This document shows, in pieces, positions 1 to 10,033 of a stretch of DNA of 64,000 nt (within the stretch, counting starts at the first letter, position 1; each line of letters opens with the position of its first letter). The DNA lies in contig JAFRSF010000024.1 of NCBI GenBank assembly GCA_017427715.1, positions 30,268 through 94,267 of the forward strand, written 5' to 3'. The DNA is from Alphaproteobacteria bacterium. Lineage in GTDB: Bacteria > Pseudomonadota > Alphaproteobacteria > Rs-D84. A model generated the notes under the pieces. The model was not told the origin of the DNA and did no database searches. It saw only the letters and a list, made by a program, of their open reading frames with translations. A program made the position numbers and the translations under genes.

Positions 1-1
1 T

Positions 2-2713
2 TCTGTCGTCAATAAAAATGCGCGCAATATTGCGTCTGTGCAAAGCAGGACTACAACAAAAAAACAATCTGTTGTTAAACAACGTGCTGGTGCAACAAAC
101 ACAACAAAAAATGTTACCACACGCGTACCATCTGCACAACGACGCAATGTTTCATCGTCACGTACTGCAACACGTCAGGCCGTTTCGCCAATACAAACAT
201 CGGCGCGTGCTGGTGCAATTCAACAAAAAAACAGTCGCAATGTACGTGCCGCTGAATTGGATGGCGCAAAAATAACCGCAATTAAATCCAGAGATTATTC
301 TAAATGCAGAACTGTTTACCAAGATTGTATGGACGAATTTTGTGCAAACAAAGACACATCTTTGCGCAGATGCGCTTGTTCCGCCCGAATTCATGAATTT
401 GACGGCATAAAAAAACAGTTAAGTAATGTCGAAGAACAGATGTTTGGATTTAACCAACGTTTGCTGACTGTGGGCATGGACAAAGAAGATGCATTATCTA
501 TAAACCGTGCAACAGAAGGTGAAACAGCATTTTCCCAAACAGACAAATCTGAATCTGAAAAATTATTACAAAAAATCACGCAAACTCTTAACAGTTCCAG
601 TGATTCAAAAATAACAAATAATTTATCTGCTATTTCTTTGGATCTGGACATGGACAGCGCATGGGATTCTGTTGATTCTTTAAGTGGTGTGTCAACAACT
701 GCTAAATCGGGTCTGGATTTATATAATGCTGCACAACCTGTGTGTATTGAAATGGCCAAAGAAATCTGTTCTGACGAAGAACTAGAAATTGCAGAAAACA
801 GTTATAAATTATCTATTCAGAACGATTGTAATACTGTATCAAAGGCATACACTGCAAAATATAACACAGCGATTGACAAAGTTCACGAAAGCAGTGCTTT
901 GTTGGATATGGCGCGCCTGAACGCATACCAACAAAGAAATTCAGACGATATTTTAACCTGCAAAAAGAAAATGTTGAATCAATTGTCAGATTCTTCTGTG
1001 TGTGGCGAACAACTGTATAAATGTTTGGATATAACGGGACAATACATAGATCCATCTACTGGGGATGCGTTTTTATCTGCTGATTTGATGAATATTACTA
1101 CATTATTAACTGCACCAACTGATGACACAAAATGGTCTAGATTGTCCGACAACAAAGCATTTGTTAATTTTTTGAATTCTAAAAAAGCATTTCTAGAAAC
1201 TGCGACCGAACAATGTCAAGATTTGGCCAACGATGTTTGGGATGATTTCATAGAAGATGCATTGGCACAAATAAAATTGGCACAAAATGCAAAATTGGAA
1301 AAAATCAGACGTAGTTGTGTGACATTGATTGCAGAATGTAAATCAAATGCATATAAAACTTTGGAAGATTTTGATGTTCGCGCATTGTCCACATTTGCGG
1401 TGGCAGCTGATACTACGGTGAACACGATGTGTAAAGACATTCAAGATGCTTGTTTGACATTGGTTGAAGGCAGCGATTGGACAGAAGGACTAGCAGGATT
1501 ATCTTCTGATATATCAAAAGAAAAAATGATTGAAAATTGCACAACAATCGGACAAACGTGTATGATACAAAAATGTAGTGGTATATCTGGCGATTTTGCA
1601 TTATGCGATGCAACAAATGAACCAATGCGCAGTTCTATATTAAATCTCAGCACCTGCTGGCAGGATGTATTTAATTGTGTATCCCAATCAACGAATATTG
1701 ATTATAGTTATAATATTCAAGATGACGGTTATCTGAATTGTACCGATAAATATGCCGATAATGAATCAAAACAAAAAATCTGCAGAGTGGCACATAAAAT
1801 CTGGGGCGATTGCCAATCTGAAATAGGCCCCGAAAATACCGATAATAAAATAATAAAGACCCCAGAATATGCCAATTCTTTGTTATATTGGTTCCAACAA
1901 CAAACAGGCAATGAATTTTGTGTGGCCACCGAATGTAACGTTGGTTTCATCAAAAGTACTTGTACAGAAACATGCCAACAGGCAATACCATTAAATGGCA
2001 CAAGTACCTCGGAATTCTTGAATTGGACATATGCAGTTATCAGGCATGTTACTGACTGGGATGCAGATACTGTTATAACCATTGATGAAACCATACCTAT
2101 GCCTCAGCTAACTAGTATAGGTATATCATATGAAGGATATGATGATCATACATATGATGTATTGTTGGGATACTGCCAAGATGGTTGCAATAAAAAAGAT
2201 AAGTACGGTAATTGTTGCTTGAACCACGTTGATACTGATACAAAAATATGCGTTCCAAATGAAAATTATAAACCAAAACTTGTTCAAACGGTAACATGTA
2301 ACGGCACTGATTCATATTATTGCGCGGGCGCTAATGATGCAGGTAAAACAATTGGTCTGTATTGCCTGACAAAGGACCCAGACCACTACCCAAAATTGGG
2401 AATATCTGATGATTCTATTGATTGTGGTAATGATGGTATATGGACATTGGTTGACCAATTTGGTAATTATTTCGGACCAGCCATAGTAACCGGTCCAAAC
2501 TATTCCCCTATATACCCTAACGATGAAATAGAAATGTCAATACTGCCAAACACAAATGAACCTGATGCAACGGACTGGCCATATATTCTGATACGATATG
2601 AGAATGGATGGAAACATTGTAATACCAGCGAATGTCAAGAGATGCCGACAAAATACGGACCTGCAGGTGGTTCCCCAGATCAACATTTTTATATTCAATA
2701 TCACGTTGATTAA
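2..2713 (+). CDS. Cys-rich secreted/surface protein, paralog family member (5' end runs off the window)
   Basis: The frame is open from the window edge, so the GTG at 38 is probably internal. An R/T/N/V-rich low-complexity N-part is followed by the motif C-x6-CM-x2-FC-x9-RC-x-CSA (YSKCRTVYQDCMDEFCANKDTSLRRCACSARI). This motif recurs in 56241..57224. The rest is very Cys-rich with no enzyme motif recognised. Confidence 0.6.
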   Translation, partial: SVVNKNARNIASVQSRTTTKKQSVVKQRAGATNTTKNVTTRVPSAQRRNVSSSRTATRQAVSPIQTSARAGAIQQKNSRNVRAAELDGAKITAIKSRDYSKCRTVYQDCMDEFCANKDTSLRRCACSARIHEFDGIKKQLSNVEEQMFGFNQRLLTVGMDKEDALSINRATEGETAFSQTDKSESEKLLQKITQTLNSSSDSKITNNLSAISLDLDMDSAWDSVDSLSGVSTTAKSGLDLYNAAQPVCIEMAKEICSDEELEIAENSYKLSIQNDCNTVSKAYTAKYNTAIDKVHESSALLDMARLNAYQQRNSDDILTCKKKMLNQLSDSSVCGEQLYKCLDITGQYIDPSTGDAFLSADLMNITTLLTAPTDDTKWSRLSDNKAFVNFLNSKKAFLETATEQCQDLANDVWDDFIEDALAQIKLAQNAKLEKIRRSCVTLIAECKSNAYKTLEDFDVRALSTFAVAADTTVNTMCKDIQDACLTLVEGSDWTEGLAGLSSDISKEKMIENCTTIGQTCMIQKCSGISGDFALCDATNEPMRSSILNLSTCWQDVFNCVSQSTNIDYSYNIQDDGYLNCTDKYADNESKQKICRVAHKIWGDCQSEIGPENTDNKIIKTPEYANSLLYWFQQQTGNEFCVATECNVGFIKSTCTETCQQAIPLNGTSTSEFLNWTYAVIRHVTDWDADTVITIDETIPMPQLTSIGISYEGYDDHTYDVLLGYCQDGCNKKDKYGNCCLNHVDTDTKICVPNENYKPKLVQTVTCNGTDSYYCAGANDAGKTIGLYCLTKDPDHYPKLGISDDSIDCGNDGIWTLVDQFGNYFGPAIVTGPNYSPIYPNDEIEMSILPNTNEPDATDWPYILIRYENGWKHCNTSECQEMPTKYGPAGGSPDQHFYIQYHVD

Positions 2714-3228
2714 ATATTAATCGTTTTGATTACTGATTTTATCGCTTTTAATTGGTCTGTATCCAATTTACCCAACACCCAATCAACAGGCGGAATTGGC
2801 GAATCGAAATCACGCGGATGTCCAATACCAATTCTGATGCGCTTGTATTCATTACCAATTGCTGCATCTATGGATTTTATTCCGTTATGCCCCGCACTGG
2901 TGCCACCAATTTTTTCTTTTTTGTCACCAACACGAATATCCATATCATCGTGTATCACAATCAGATTTTCCAACGGTATTTTATAGAAAGTCATCAAAGG
3001 CAACACTGCATCCCCACTGTTATTCATAAAGGTTTGCGGTTTAGCCAAAATAACTTTGTGTCCGTCTATTTCACATCTGGTAGTCAATGCATTTTTTTCT
3101 TTCTTCCACCCAGAATCTTTTGGTGCCAGCGCATCAATCGCCATAAATCCCACATTGTGGCGTGTTAATTCATATTCAGTTCCTGGATTTCCTAATCCAA
3201 CAATTAAAATCGGTTTATTTTCTTGCAT
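2710..3228 (-). CDS. pth: peptidyl-tRNA hydrolase
   Basis: 172 aa. The N-terminal LIVGLGNPGTEYELTRHNVGF and the IVIHDDMD segment are typical of Pth. Confidence 0.9.
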   Translation of the reverse strand: MQENKPILIVGLGNPGTEYELTRHNVGFMAIDALAPKDSGWKKEKNALTTRCEIDGHKVILAKPQTFMNNSGDAVLPLMTFYKIPLENLIVIHDDMDIRVGDKKEKIGGTSAGHNGIKSIDAAIGNEYKRIRIGIGHPRDFDSPIPPVDWVLGKLDTDQLKAIKSVIKTINI

Positions 3229-3275
3229 GTTATGCCCTTTGTTTTATACTATAATATCATATAAAGGAGAAAAAT

Positions 3276-3833
3276 ATGAAAATAAATTCAATATCATTAA
3301 TTTCAATTGTAACCATATTAACAGGAACAGCCACTGCTAATGCTGGCGTTATGGCGGATTTATACGTCGGTGGTATGGTTGGTGCTGGTGGTCAAACGTT
3401 ATTTACACGTGACGACAACAAAACAGATTCTGCCATGTTATTTGGTGCAAGTATGGGTATAGATATCCCACTGTTCAGATTAGAAGCCGAATATAACCGC
3501 TTGCATTCTGCGGATTTGGACACAAATACAGGTATGGTAAATGCTATGTTCAAAGTACCATCCACAATTATTCAACCATATTTTGGTATTGGTGCAGGTC
3601 TTGTATTTGACGGCAAACATAAACCTGCTGATAATGTTGAATACAGTTTAGATTCTACTGCTGCTTACCAAGCAATGCTGGGGGCAACAATTGACGTTTT
3701 GGCACTGCCAATTAAATTCGACATCGAAGGACACGCGTTATATGCACCAAACATCTATAAAATTGATGCAACAAACACAACCCCAGACATGTTGCAATAC
3801 AATGTGCGTTTGAAAATGCGTTATATATTCTAG
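3276..3833 (+). CDS. small outer-membrane beta-barrel protein (OMP_b-brl/Opa-like)
   Basis: Signal peptide (..GTATANA), alternating amphipathic strands, C-terminal aromatic residue (..RYIF), AAGGAG RBS upstream. Confidence 0.6.
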   Translation: MKINSISLISIVTILTGTATANAGVMADLYVGGMVGAGGQTLFTRDDNKTDSAMLFGASMGIDIPLFRLEAEYNRLHSADLDTNTGMVNAMFKVPSTIIQPYFGIGAGLVFDGKHKPADNVEYSLDSTAAYQAMLGATIDVLALPIKFDIEGHALYAPNIYKIDATNTTPDMLQYNVRLKMRYIF

Positions 3834-3842
3834 GACCCATAA

Positions 3843-6620
3843 ATGATAACATTGATTGACGGAAATTCTTTGGTGTTTCGTGCATATTACGGCATGCACA
3901 ACAGTTTGACCAGACAAGATGGTATGCCCATTGGTGCAGTTTATGGCTTTTTTAACATGATATTGCCATTGCTGGCCAAAGCCAAAGAAAATGATTCTTT
4001 TATATGTGTTTTTGACGCATCAAGAATCTCTTTCCGTCAAGATATTTATCCACAATACAAAGCAAACCGCAGTGAAACGCCTGCTGATTTGCTACAACAA
4101 TCAGAATTAATTCGAATCGGCACACGTGCGATGGGTGTTCCTGTATTATGTATCCCCGGGGTCGAAGCAGATGATGTCATTGCCACAATTGCAACACAAA
4201 ATTGTAACAACACAGACAGCACACGTATTATAACTGGCGATAAAGATTTAATGCAATTGGTGTCTGATTGTGTGTTTTTATATGATGGCATGAAACAACG
4301 TGACATTCGTGAACCACAAGTGTTTGAAAAGTTTGGTGTTAAGCCGTCTCAGGTTGTTGATGTCCAATCACTGATGGGTGATTCAACCGATAATGTTCCT
4401 GGTGTTCATGGTATTGGTCCAAAAACAGCAACAGATTTGATTTCAACATTTGGCAGTTTGGACAATTTATACGCAAATATAGATTCCGTTAAAAACGAAA
4501 GGATTCGCAAATTATTATCAGACAACAAAGATTTGGCTTATATTTCCAAACAATTGGTCACTTTGAAAAAGGATGTTGATTTATCAGATTTACATATCGA
4601 ACCATTCGTGTTTAATAAACAATCTGCACTTGATTTTGTAAAAACAAAAATAGAAAGCAATGCATTGGTTGCAAAAATTGAAAAATTGTTTCCTGGCGAT
4701 ATAAAACAACCCACTGCACCAATTCAAGATTATGCAAAATCTACCTGTCCAATAGTCGAAATACCAGATATACAAAAACCAATACCCAATGTAACATTTG
4801 ACAAAATGGATATCGTAACTATTACCACAGAAAACGAACTGGACGCGTTTTTGTCACATGTTCATGACGTTATTGCTTTTGATACAGAAACAACTGGACT
4901 AAATCAAATAGATGATAAAATTGTTGGTATATCTTTGGCATACGATAATACGCATGGTGCATATATCCCAATCAGACATATTTCTAAATCAATGGATTTA
5001 TTTGGCGGCGATACTTTGGTACCGAATCAATTGACTATGGAATCCGTATATAAAAAATTGTGGCCAATATTTACAAACCCAAAAATCACAAAGATTGCAC
5101 ATAATTTGAAATATGATTTACATATTTTGGCAAACGAAAACTGGGATATAACAAAAATCCAACCGTTTGATGATACAATGTTGCTGTCTTATGCTTTGCA
5201 TGGTTCGTTGCATGGTCATGGTCTGGATGAGTTGGCGGAAAAATATCTGGGACATACAGACATAAAATTCAGCGAATTATTTGATTCACAAATCAAAGAT
5301 GCTGACAGACATTTTGCCACCCTGCCCGTTGATGTTGCTGCAAAATATTCTGGTGAAGATTCTGTCGTTTGTATGGCGCTTTACAATTTAATGCGACCTG
5401 AATTAAACGCAAATGAACAATTAAGAAAATTATATGAAAACTGTGATTTACCATTATGCTTGGTTTTGTGCATAATGGAAAGAAACGGGATTATGGTTAA
5501 TCGCGAAAGATTAAATCAATTATCTGGTGTATTTCACAACCAATTATCAAATCTGGAATCTGAAATATACAAATTGGCGGGTCACGAATTTAATATTGGC
5601 AGCCCAAAACAGTTAGCAACAGTGTTATTTGATGAACTGCAATTGCCGGCGGGGAAAAAACGCTCTACTGATGCAGATAAATTAAATGATTTAATTGAAT
5701 CGCACCCAATAATTGAGAAAATATTAAATTGGCGCTCGGTGGCAAAATTGGCAGGAACGTATGCAGATGCCCTGCCACACCAGATTGCACAGGATGGTCG
5801 TATACATACAACTTACCTGCAAACCAGCACAAATACAGGTCGACTGTCCAGTCGTAATCCAAATCTACAAAATATCCCTATTAAAACTGAACTGGGCGAA
5901 GAAATCAGAAAATGTTTTGTGTCCCAACCCGACAATATGCTGATAAGTATTGATTATTCTCAAATTCAACTGCGTTTGTTGGCACATGTTGCAAATGTCG
6001 CAGTATTCAAAGATACTTTCAATGCAGGGTTAGATATACACGAACAAACAGCACGTAAAATATTCAATATTCCAGAAAACCAACCGGTACCAAAAGATTT
6101 AAGACGTGCCGCCAAAACAATAAACTTTTCTATTATTTATGGTATATCTTCATGGGGTCTGGCGAACCAATTAAATATTTCGCGCGAAGCAGCCAAAAAC
6201 ATAATAGATTCTTATATGGCTGGATTACCAGAAATCAAAGATTATATTAAATATATGACCGATTTTGTATTGGAAAATCATTGTGTTTATACACCATGGC
6301 ATCGCAGGATTGAGATTCCAGAAGCATCTAATCCACGTATGCGTGGGTATGCAACACGTGCCGCAATCAATGCACCAATCCAGGGATTCGAAGCCGATTT
6401 AATGCGCTTTGCAATGGTAAACATATATAAAAAAATAATCGTTCCGAATAAAAACAATATAAAAATGTTATTACAGGTTCACGATGAAATCGTATTTGAA
6501 TGTGTCGCAGACAAAGCAGAACATTTCGCTGAATTGATTAAACACGAAATGGAAAACGTCACAAAATTGTCTGTTCCATTATTGGCAGAAGCCACTATTG
6601 CACCAATTTGGGATAAATAA
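3843..6620 (+). CDS. polA: DNA polymerase I
   Basis: 925 aa. It has a 5'-3' exonuclease N-domain, a 3'-5' exo-like middle domain (FDTETTGL) and family A polymerase motifs (RRAAKTINFSIIYG, LQVHDEIVFE). Confidence 0.95.
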   Translation: MITLIDGNSLVFRAYYGMHNSLTRQDGMPIGAVYGFFNMILPLLAKAKENDSFICVFDASRISFRQDIYPQYKANRSETPADLLQQSELIRIGTRAMGVPVLCIPGVEADDVIATIATQNCNNTDSTRIITGDKDLMQLVSDCVFLYDGMKQRDIREPQVFEKFGVKPSQVVDVQSLMGDSTDNVPGVHGIGPKTATDLISTFGSLDNLYANIDSVKNERIRKLLSDNKDLAYISKQLVTLKKDVDLSDLHIEPFVFNKQSALDFVKTKIESNALVAKIEKLFPGDIKQPTAPIQDYAKSTCPIVEIPDIQKPIPNVTFDKMDIVTITTENELDAFLSHVHDVIAFDTETTGLNQIDDKIVGISLAYDNTHGAYIPIRHISKSMDLFGGDTLVPNQLTMESVYKKLWPIFTNPKITKIAHNLKYDLHILANENWDITKIQPFDDTMLLSYALHGSLHGHGLDELAEKYLGHTDIKFSELFDSQIKDADRHFATLPVDVAAKYSGEDSVVCMALYNLMRPELNANEQLRKLYENCDLPLCLVLCIMERNGIMVNRERLNQLSGVFHNQLSNLESEIYKLAGHEFNIGSPKQLATVLFDELQLPAGKKRSTDADKLNDLIESHPIIEKILNWRSVAKLAGTYADALPHQIAQDGRIHTTYLQTSTNTGRLSSRNPNLQNIPIKTELGEEIRKCFVSQPDNMLISIDYSQIQLRLLAHVANVAVFKDTFNAGLDIHEQTARKIFNIPENQPVPKDLRRAAKTINFSIIYGISSWGLANQLNISREAAKNIIDSYMAGLPEIKDYIKYMTDFVLENHCVYTPWHRRIEIPEASNPRMRGYATRAAINAPIQGFEADLMRFAMVNIYKKIIVPNKNNIKMLLQVHDEIVFECVADKAEHFAELIKHEMENVTKLSVPLLAEATIAPIWDK

Positions 6621-6621
6621 C

Positions 6622-6655
6622 AAAACACCGCCAATCTTGGCGGTGTTTTATTTTA
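6622..6655. terminator. bidirectional rho-independent terminator between convergent genes
   Basis: AAAACACCGCC / GGCGGTGTTTT 11-bp stem flanked by A and T runs. Confidence 0.7.
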
Positions 6656-6657
6656 AA

Positions 6658-7371
6658 TTAACGATTTTTGACATACAACATGCTTTGAATCATAGCAATA
6701 TTTTGTTCCTTTGCCTTGTTCAAAGAAGCAGATGGTTTATCATCAACAACTGTGTTCCAATCTAAAATTGGTGACAATCTATCTTCTTCTGTTGGAAGAT
6801 CATGATTGCCATGACAACCACACACAATATCTGCCCCAAAAGATTGTGGATTACATATACGTCTATCTGGCACACAATGATCACGGTTAAATACGAAAAA
6901 TTCTGAATAACCACTTTCACGTATACAAATAATGTGTGATCCACGATCATGTATCAAATGACGTTGACCTTGTTCATCTATTTCTGTCCGATATTTGAAT
7001 TCCGCTTCGTATTTCCATTCGTCATCAGCACCACAAAGTCCTTCAAAAATCATTTTGTCTCGTTTAGCAATTATTTGTTTAATAACTTCATTGCTTACCT
7101 TTGTCTTTCCCGCAGAATATGCTGCTTCTTGATTTTTCGCATCTTTAATATAAGCATCTACACGACCACTATATTTTTGATATAAATATGGACTGTTTTT
7201 AAATTGTTCTTCAAATTCCAATTCTTGTGACCCAGATTTAACCAATCTTTCTTTGTTATTGGACACAGAATGTTGTTTTACAGCTGCTTCTGAAATAGTT
7301 GGAACCGCTGTTAAAGCTACTACACTAGCACCAACAACAACTTTTTTAGCTTTTTTTATTAAATTTTTCAT
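6658..7371 (-). CDS. secreted hypothetical protein (Cys/His-rich C-part)
   Basis: The N-terminus MKNLIKKAKKVVVGASVVALTAV looks like a signal peptide. Its first 6 codons and RBS are duplicated at the next gene. No known motif. Confidence 0.5.
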   Translation of the reverse strand: MKNLIKKAKKVVVGASVVALTAVPTISEAAVKQHSVSNNKERLVKSGSQELEFEEQFKNSPYLYQKYSGRVDAYIKDAKNQEAAYSAGKTKVSNEVIKQIIAKRDKMIFEGLCGADDEWKYEAEFKYRTEIDEQGQRHLIHDRGSHIICIRESGYSEFFVFNRDHCVPDRRICNPQSFGADIVCGCHGNHDLPTEEDRLSPILDWNTVVDDKPSASLNKAKEQNIAMIQSMLYVKNR

Positions 7372-7397
7372 TTTTCATCCTTTTTGTTATCATCCAA

Positions 7398-7961
7398 TTA
7401 TTTGGAATTTTGCTTTTCAATGCATTTGCATTGTTTGTATTTTACAACAGCATCATAATCTGCAACAAAATTTTCGCCAGCTTTTTTACATAAAATGTCA
7501 CAAGATTTTTTCATATCATCAGCCTTGTAATCACTATTCATTTGCATACTAAAAACACCACCACAATTACATTCATTAGTTTTTTTGTTGTATTCGGCCA
7601 ACAACGGCATATATTCACCATTTTCTAAAAATGTGCCTTCAGTATGACATAACGCATCACATTTAACACGCTGGTCAAAATCTTTAGTGTGGCCATATTT
7701 TTCATCAGTTTTATTAAAGGTCTTACTAAAACTTAACTTTATAGCAATCTTTTGTTTATCTGTTAATTTTTTACCTTCTTCCATATAGTTTATCAGTATT
7801 GTGGACAAAACTGATTGCATTTTTGATTTAGCAGCCGCATCCCATTTTGCTTTGTTTTGTGTGGTTGCACAACCAGAACCAGCAAACATTAACGCGACAA
7901 AAGTTGTACCAGCAACATATTTTTTGCCAGAAACTAACGCATTTTTTATTAAATTTTTCAT
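7398..7961 (-). CDS. putative lipoprotein, Cys-rich
   Basis: MKNLIKN..ALMFAGSGC contains a lipobox-like sequence. Several CxC/CxxxC pairs. Unknown function. Confidence 0.5.
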   Translation of the reverse strand: MKNLIKNALVSGKKYVAGTTFVALMFAGSGCATTQNKAKWDAAAKSKMQSVLSTILINYMEEGKKLTDKQKIAIKLSFSKTFNKTDEKYGHTKDFDQRVKCDALCHTEGTFLENGEYMPLLAEYNKKTNECNCGGVFSMQMNSDYKADDMKKSCDILCKKAGENFVADYDAVVKYKQCKCIEKQNSK

Positions 7962-8246
7962 CTTTCATCCTTTTGTATTTTTGTTATTTTTCTGGGAATC
8001 TTTCCCATTGCCACAACCATATTATACAAAAAAAAAAAAAGTCAAGCGCTTTTTACAAACTACGATTATTTGTTATCAATATTTTGTGTATTTTCAATAA
8101 GTTATTTATATAAATACCTTTACTATCTTTAATATATAAAAACTCTATCACTTTTTCAAAATAAAGTATCCGATTCGATATAAACAAAAAACAACACCGG
8201 TTATACTTGGTCAAATTTACATATAACAAGTTTTGCCGGTGTTTAA

Positions 8247-8621
8247 TTATCTGCTAATACCATTTTTAACTTTGTTTACAAGCGTTGCCAAAATATTTTG
8301 TTCTTCTATGTTAAACAACATGTTCACAGCCATTAAATCTACTTTTTCACCCTTTTCTATTTTCATAAGGAAATCATGTGTGAACCCGATTACTCTGTCC
8401 CCCGCTGAATCTGGATGTTCAATCAAATTATACCACATAAGAAATACAGGTTCTTCATTAGTAGTATTTTTCCAGATTTTAACGGCCCATAAATCTACCA
8501 TATTTAAATAACTTTCTACGATTTGTCTATCTTTGCACAATTTCAAAGACATATGGTATATGCTCCTTAAATTTTTACATTGATTTAATCTTAATAAATA
8601 TTCTTTTTTATTAAATGGCAT
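8247..8621 (-). CDS. hypothetical protein (124 aa)
   Basis: Start moved to the ATG preceded by AAAGGA. No motif recognised. It lies just outside the left end of the IR-bounded element and reads away from it. Confidence 0.45.
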   Translation of the reverse strand: MPFNKKEYLLRLNQCKNLRSIYHMSLKLCKDRQIVESYLNMVDLWAVKIWKNTTNEEPVFLMWYNLIEHPDSAGDRVIGFTHDFLMKIEKGEKVDLMAVNMLFNIEEQNILATLVNKVKNGISR

Positions 8622-8699
8622 TTTTATTCCTTTCATTCAATTCATTCTTGATATGACAACAACATGTAAAATATATACAAAATAAAAAATTCAGCAAGA

Positions 8700-8707
8700 C
8701 ATTTTTT
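8700..8707. repeat. candidate 8-bp target-site duplication, left copy (CATTTTTT)
   Basis: The identical 8-mer abuts the right end at 19597..19604 in direct orientation. Confidence 0.45.
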
Positions 8708-8891
8708 GGTAATTATATAGATACGCGACTCGCTATATTTTAACATCAAAAAATATTTGTGATAAAAATAACAATTTTCATATCTTATAATTCTTTGTTT
8801 TTAGTGTGTTTTTGTGTTTTAAGTTTGTTGTCTATAACATAAAAAATTTGAAAAGCAATAAAATTCGTTCGTGGTAAAAATGAATTTTTTT
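8708..8891. repeat. terminal inverted repeat, outer block (IR-A, left)
   Basis: The reverse complement of 19411..19596 matches at 183/184 positions (mismatch at 8814), apart from T-run length at the inner edge. Confidence 0.95.
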
Positions 8892-8945
8892 CATTGAACA
8901 AAAATCATACCCTTCGGTGATAAAGGTTATCATAAATTAAAACGA

Positions 8946-9048
8946 ACTACAAAATGTTTTTTATAAAAATGTGGTCGGGCTGGCAAAGGAATGAAAAACA
9001 CCGTTTTCACAAGAAAATCGGTGTTTTTTATGAGTTTGGTGGCATATT
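8946..9048. repeat. sub-terminal inverted repeat (IR-B, left), contains a terminator-like hairpin
   Basis: About 88% identical to the reverse complement of 19153..19257. Contains the hairpin AAAAACACCG..CGGTGTTTTT downstream of the leftward operon. Confidence 0.85.
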
Positions 9049-9117
9049 TTGGAAAATATATCGCTCGCACTAGACTATCACAGTTAAGATTGAATTACAA
9101 AATCTTTTTTATACTTT

Positions 9118-10023
9118 TTATTTTTCCAAAATTGGCATAATTTGGGTTAAGATTTGACCGGTTAATGGGACAACATTCCAAGCAGCCGTTTTCAAACCAT
9201 TAGTATTTTCATTTCCGTGTGGGTTGTCCAAGATAACCAACATTGAATATTCGGGATTTTCTATTGGAAATGTCACAAATAACGCTGTTGTTATTGTTTC
9301 TTTATCAAAGTTAATACTAGCCGTCTTGATTCCAATGTTTTTGATTGGTGAATTTGGAATCGTGATTTGAATGATTTCACGCATAATATCACGAATTTTA
9401 GACGAAGTTTCAGACGAAATAACGCGTTCTGAACTGTGTTTTTGTGAATTTACATATAAACCGTCATTAACAACAGCATTCAGACCATAAATCAAATGAA
9501 TTGGTGTGATTTTGATACCATAACCAATACCTGCTTTTCCACGTTCAGATTTAGTCCATTCTTTTGGCAGGTCTGGTTGGGTGGTTGTATTTGAATCAAC
9601 CGTTAAAATATCGTTAAAATGGATTTTATCAAAGAATTTTGATTGGGCTGATTCTGGTAAATCTGTCGTCAATTTCATCTGTTCATCATTTTTAGGTTCT
9701 AATAATATATTTCTGTCCGCAGATATTCCATTTTCCCACGCAATAACCGTATTAAATACGCTGGTTAAAAGTCCAAATTCAAAGTTTTTGTTAAAAATCG
9801 CATTTTCAGATGAAGTTTCGTATTTTGCTATGATTTTTCCAGTTTTCGCATTTATCAAAATACCGATAGCATTATTTGCCTGATATTTTTCAACGGCAGT
9901 ATCTAGATTGCTTTGTAAAACCGTTTGAATCATTGTCAAACGCGTTGATTTACGGTGTTGAATTACGAATACAGTAAATATAGCCAAACACACTAAAACA
10001 ATCAAAAATACCGCTTTTTTCAT
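9118..10023 (-). CDS. membrane-anchored penicillin-binding-protein transpeptidase-like protein, probably catalytically degenerate
   Basis: N-terminal TM helix. INAKTGKIIA and GIGYGIKITPIHLIYGLNAVVNDG resemble PBP2/FtsI transpeptidase segments. The SxxK position reads ..GLLTSVFN (no Lys) and KTG reads KTAS. Confidence 0.5.
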   Translation of the reverse strand: MKKAVFLIVLVCLAIFTVFVIQHRKSTRLTMIQTVLQSNLDTAVEKYQANNAIGILINAKTGKIIAKYETSSENAIFNKNFEFGLLTSVFNTVIAWENGISADRNILLEPKNDEQMKLTTDLPESAQSKFFDKIHFNDILTVDSNTTTQPDLPKEWTKSERGKAGIGYGIKITPIHLIYGLNAVVNDGLYVNSQKHSSERVISSETSSKIRDIMREIIQITIPNSPIKNIGIKTASINFDKETITTALFVTFPIENPEYSMLVILDNPHGNENTNGLKTAAWNVVPLTGQILTQIMPILEK

Positions 10024-10033
10024 ATCAAACCCT

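Noticed and set aside
2726-3340. Several plus-strand ORFs of 86-138 aa
   Set aside because: They are antisense to pth.
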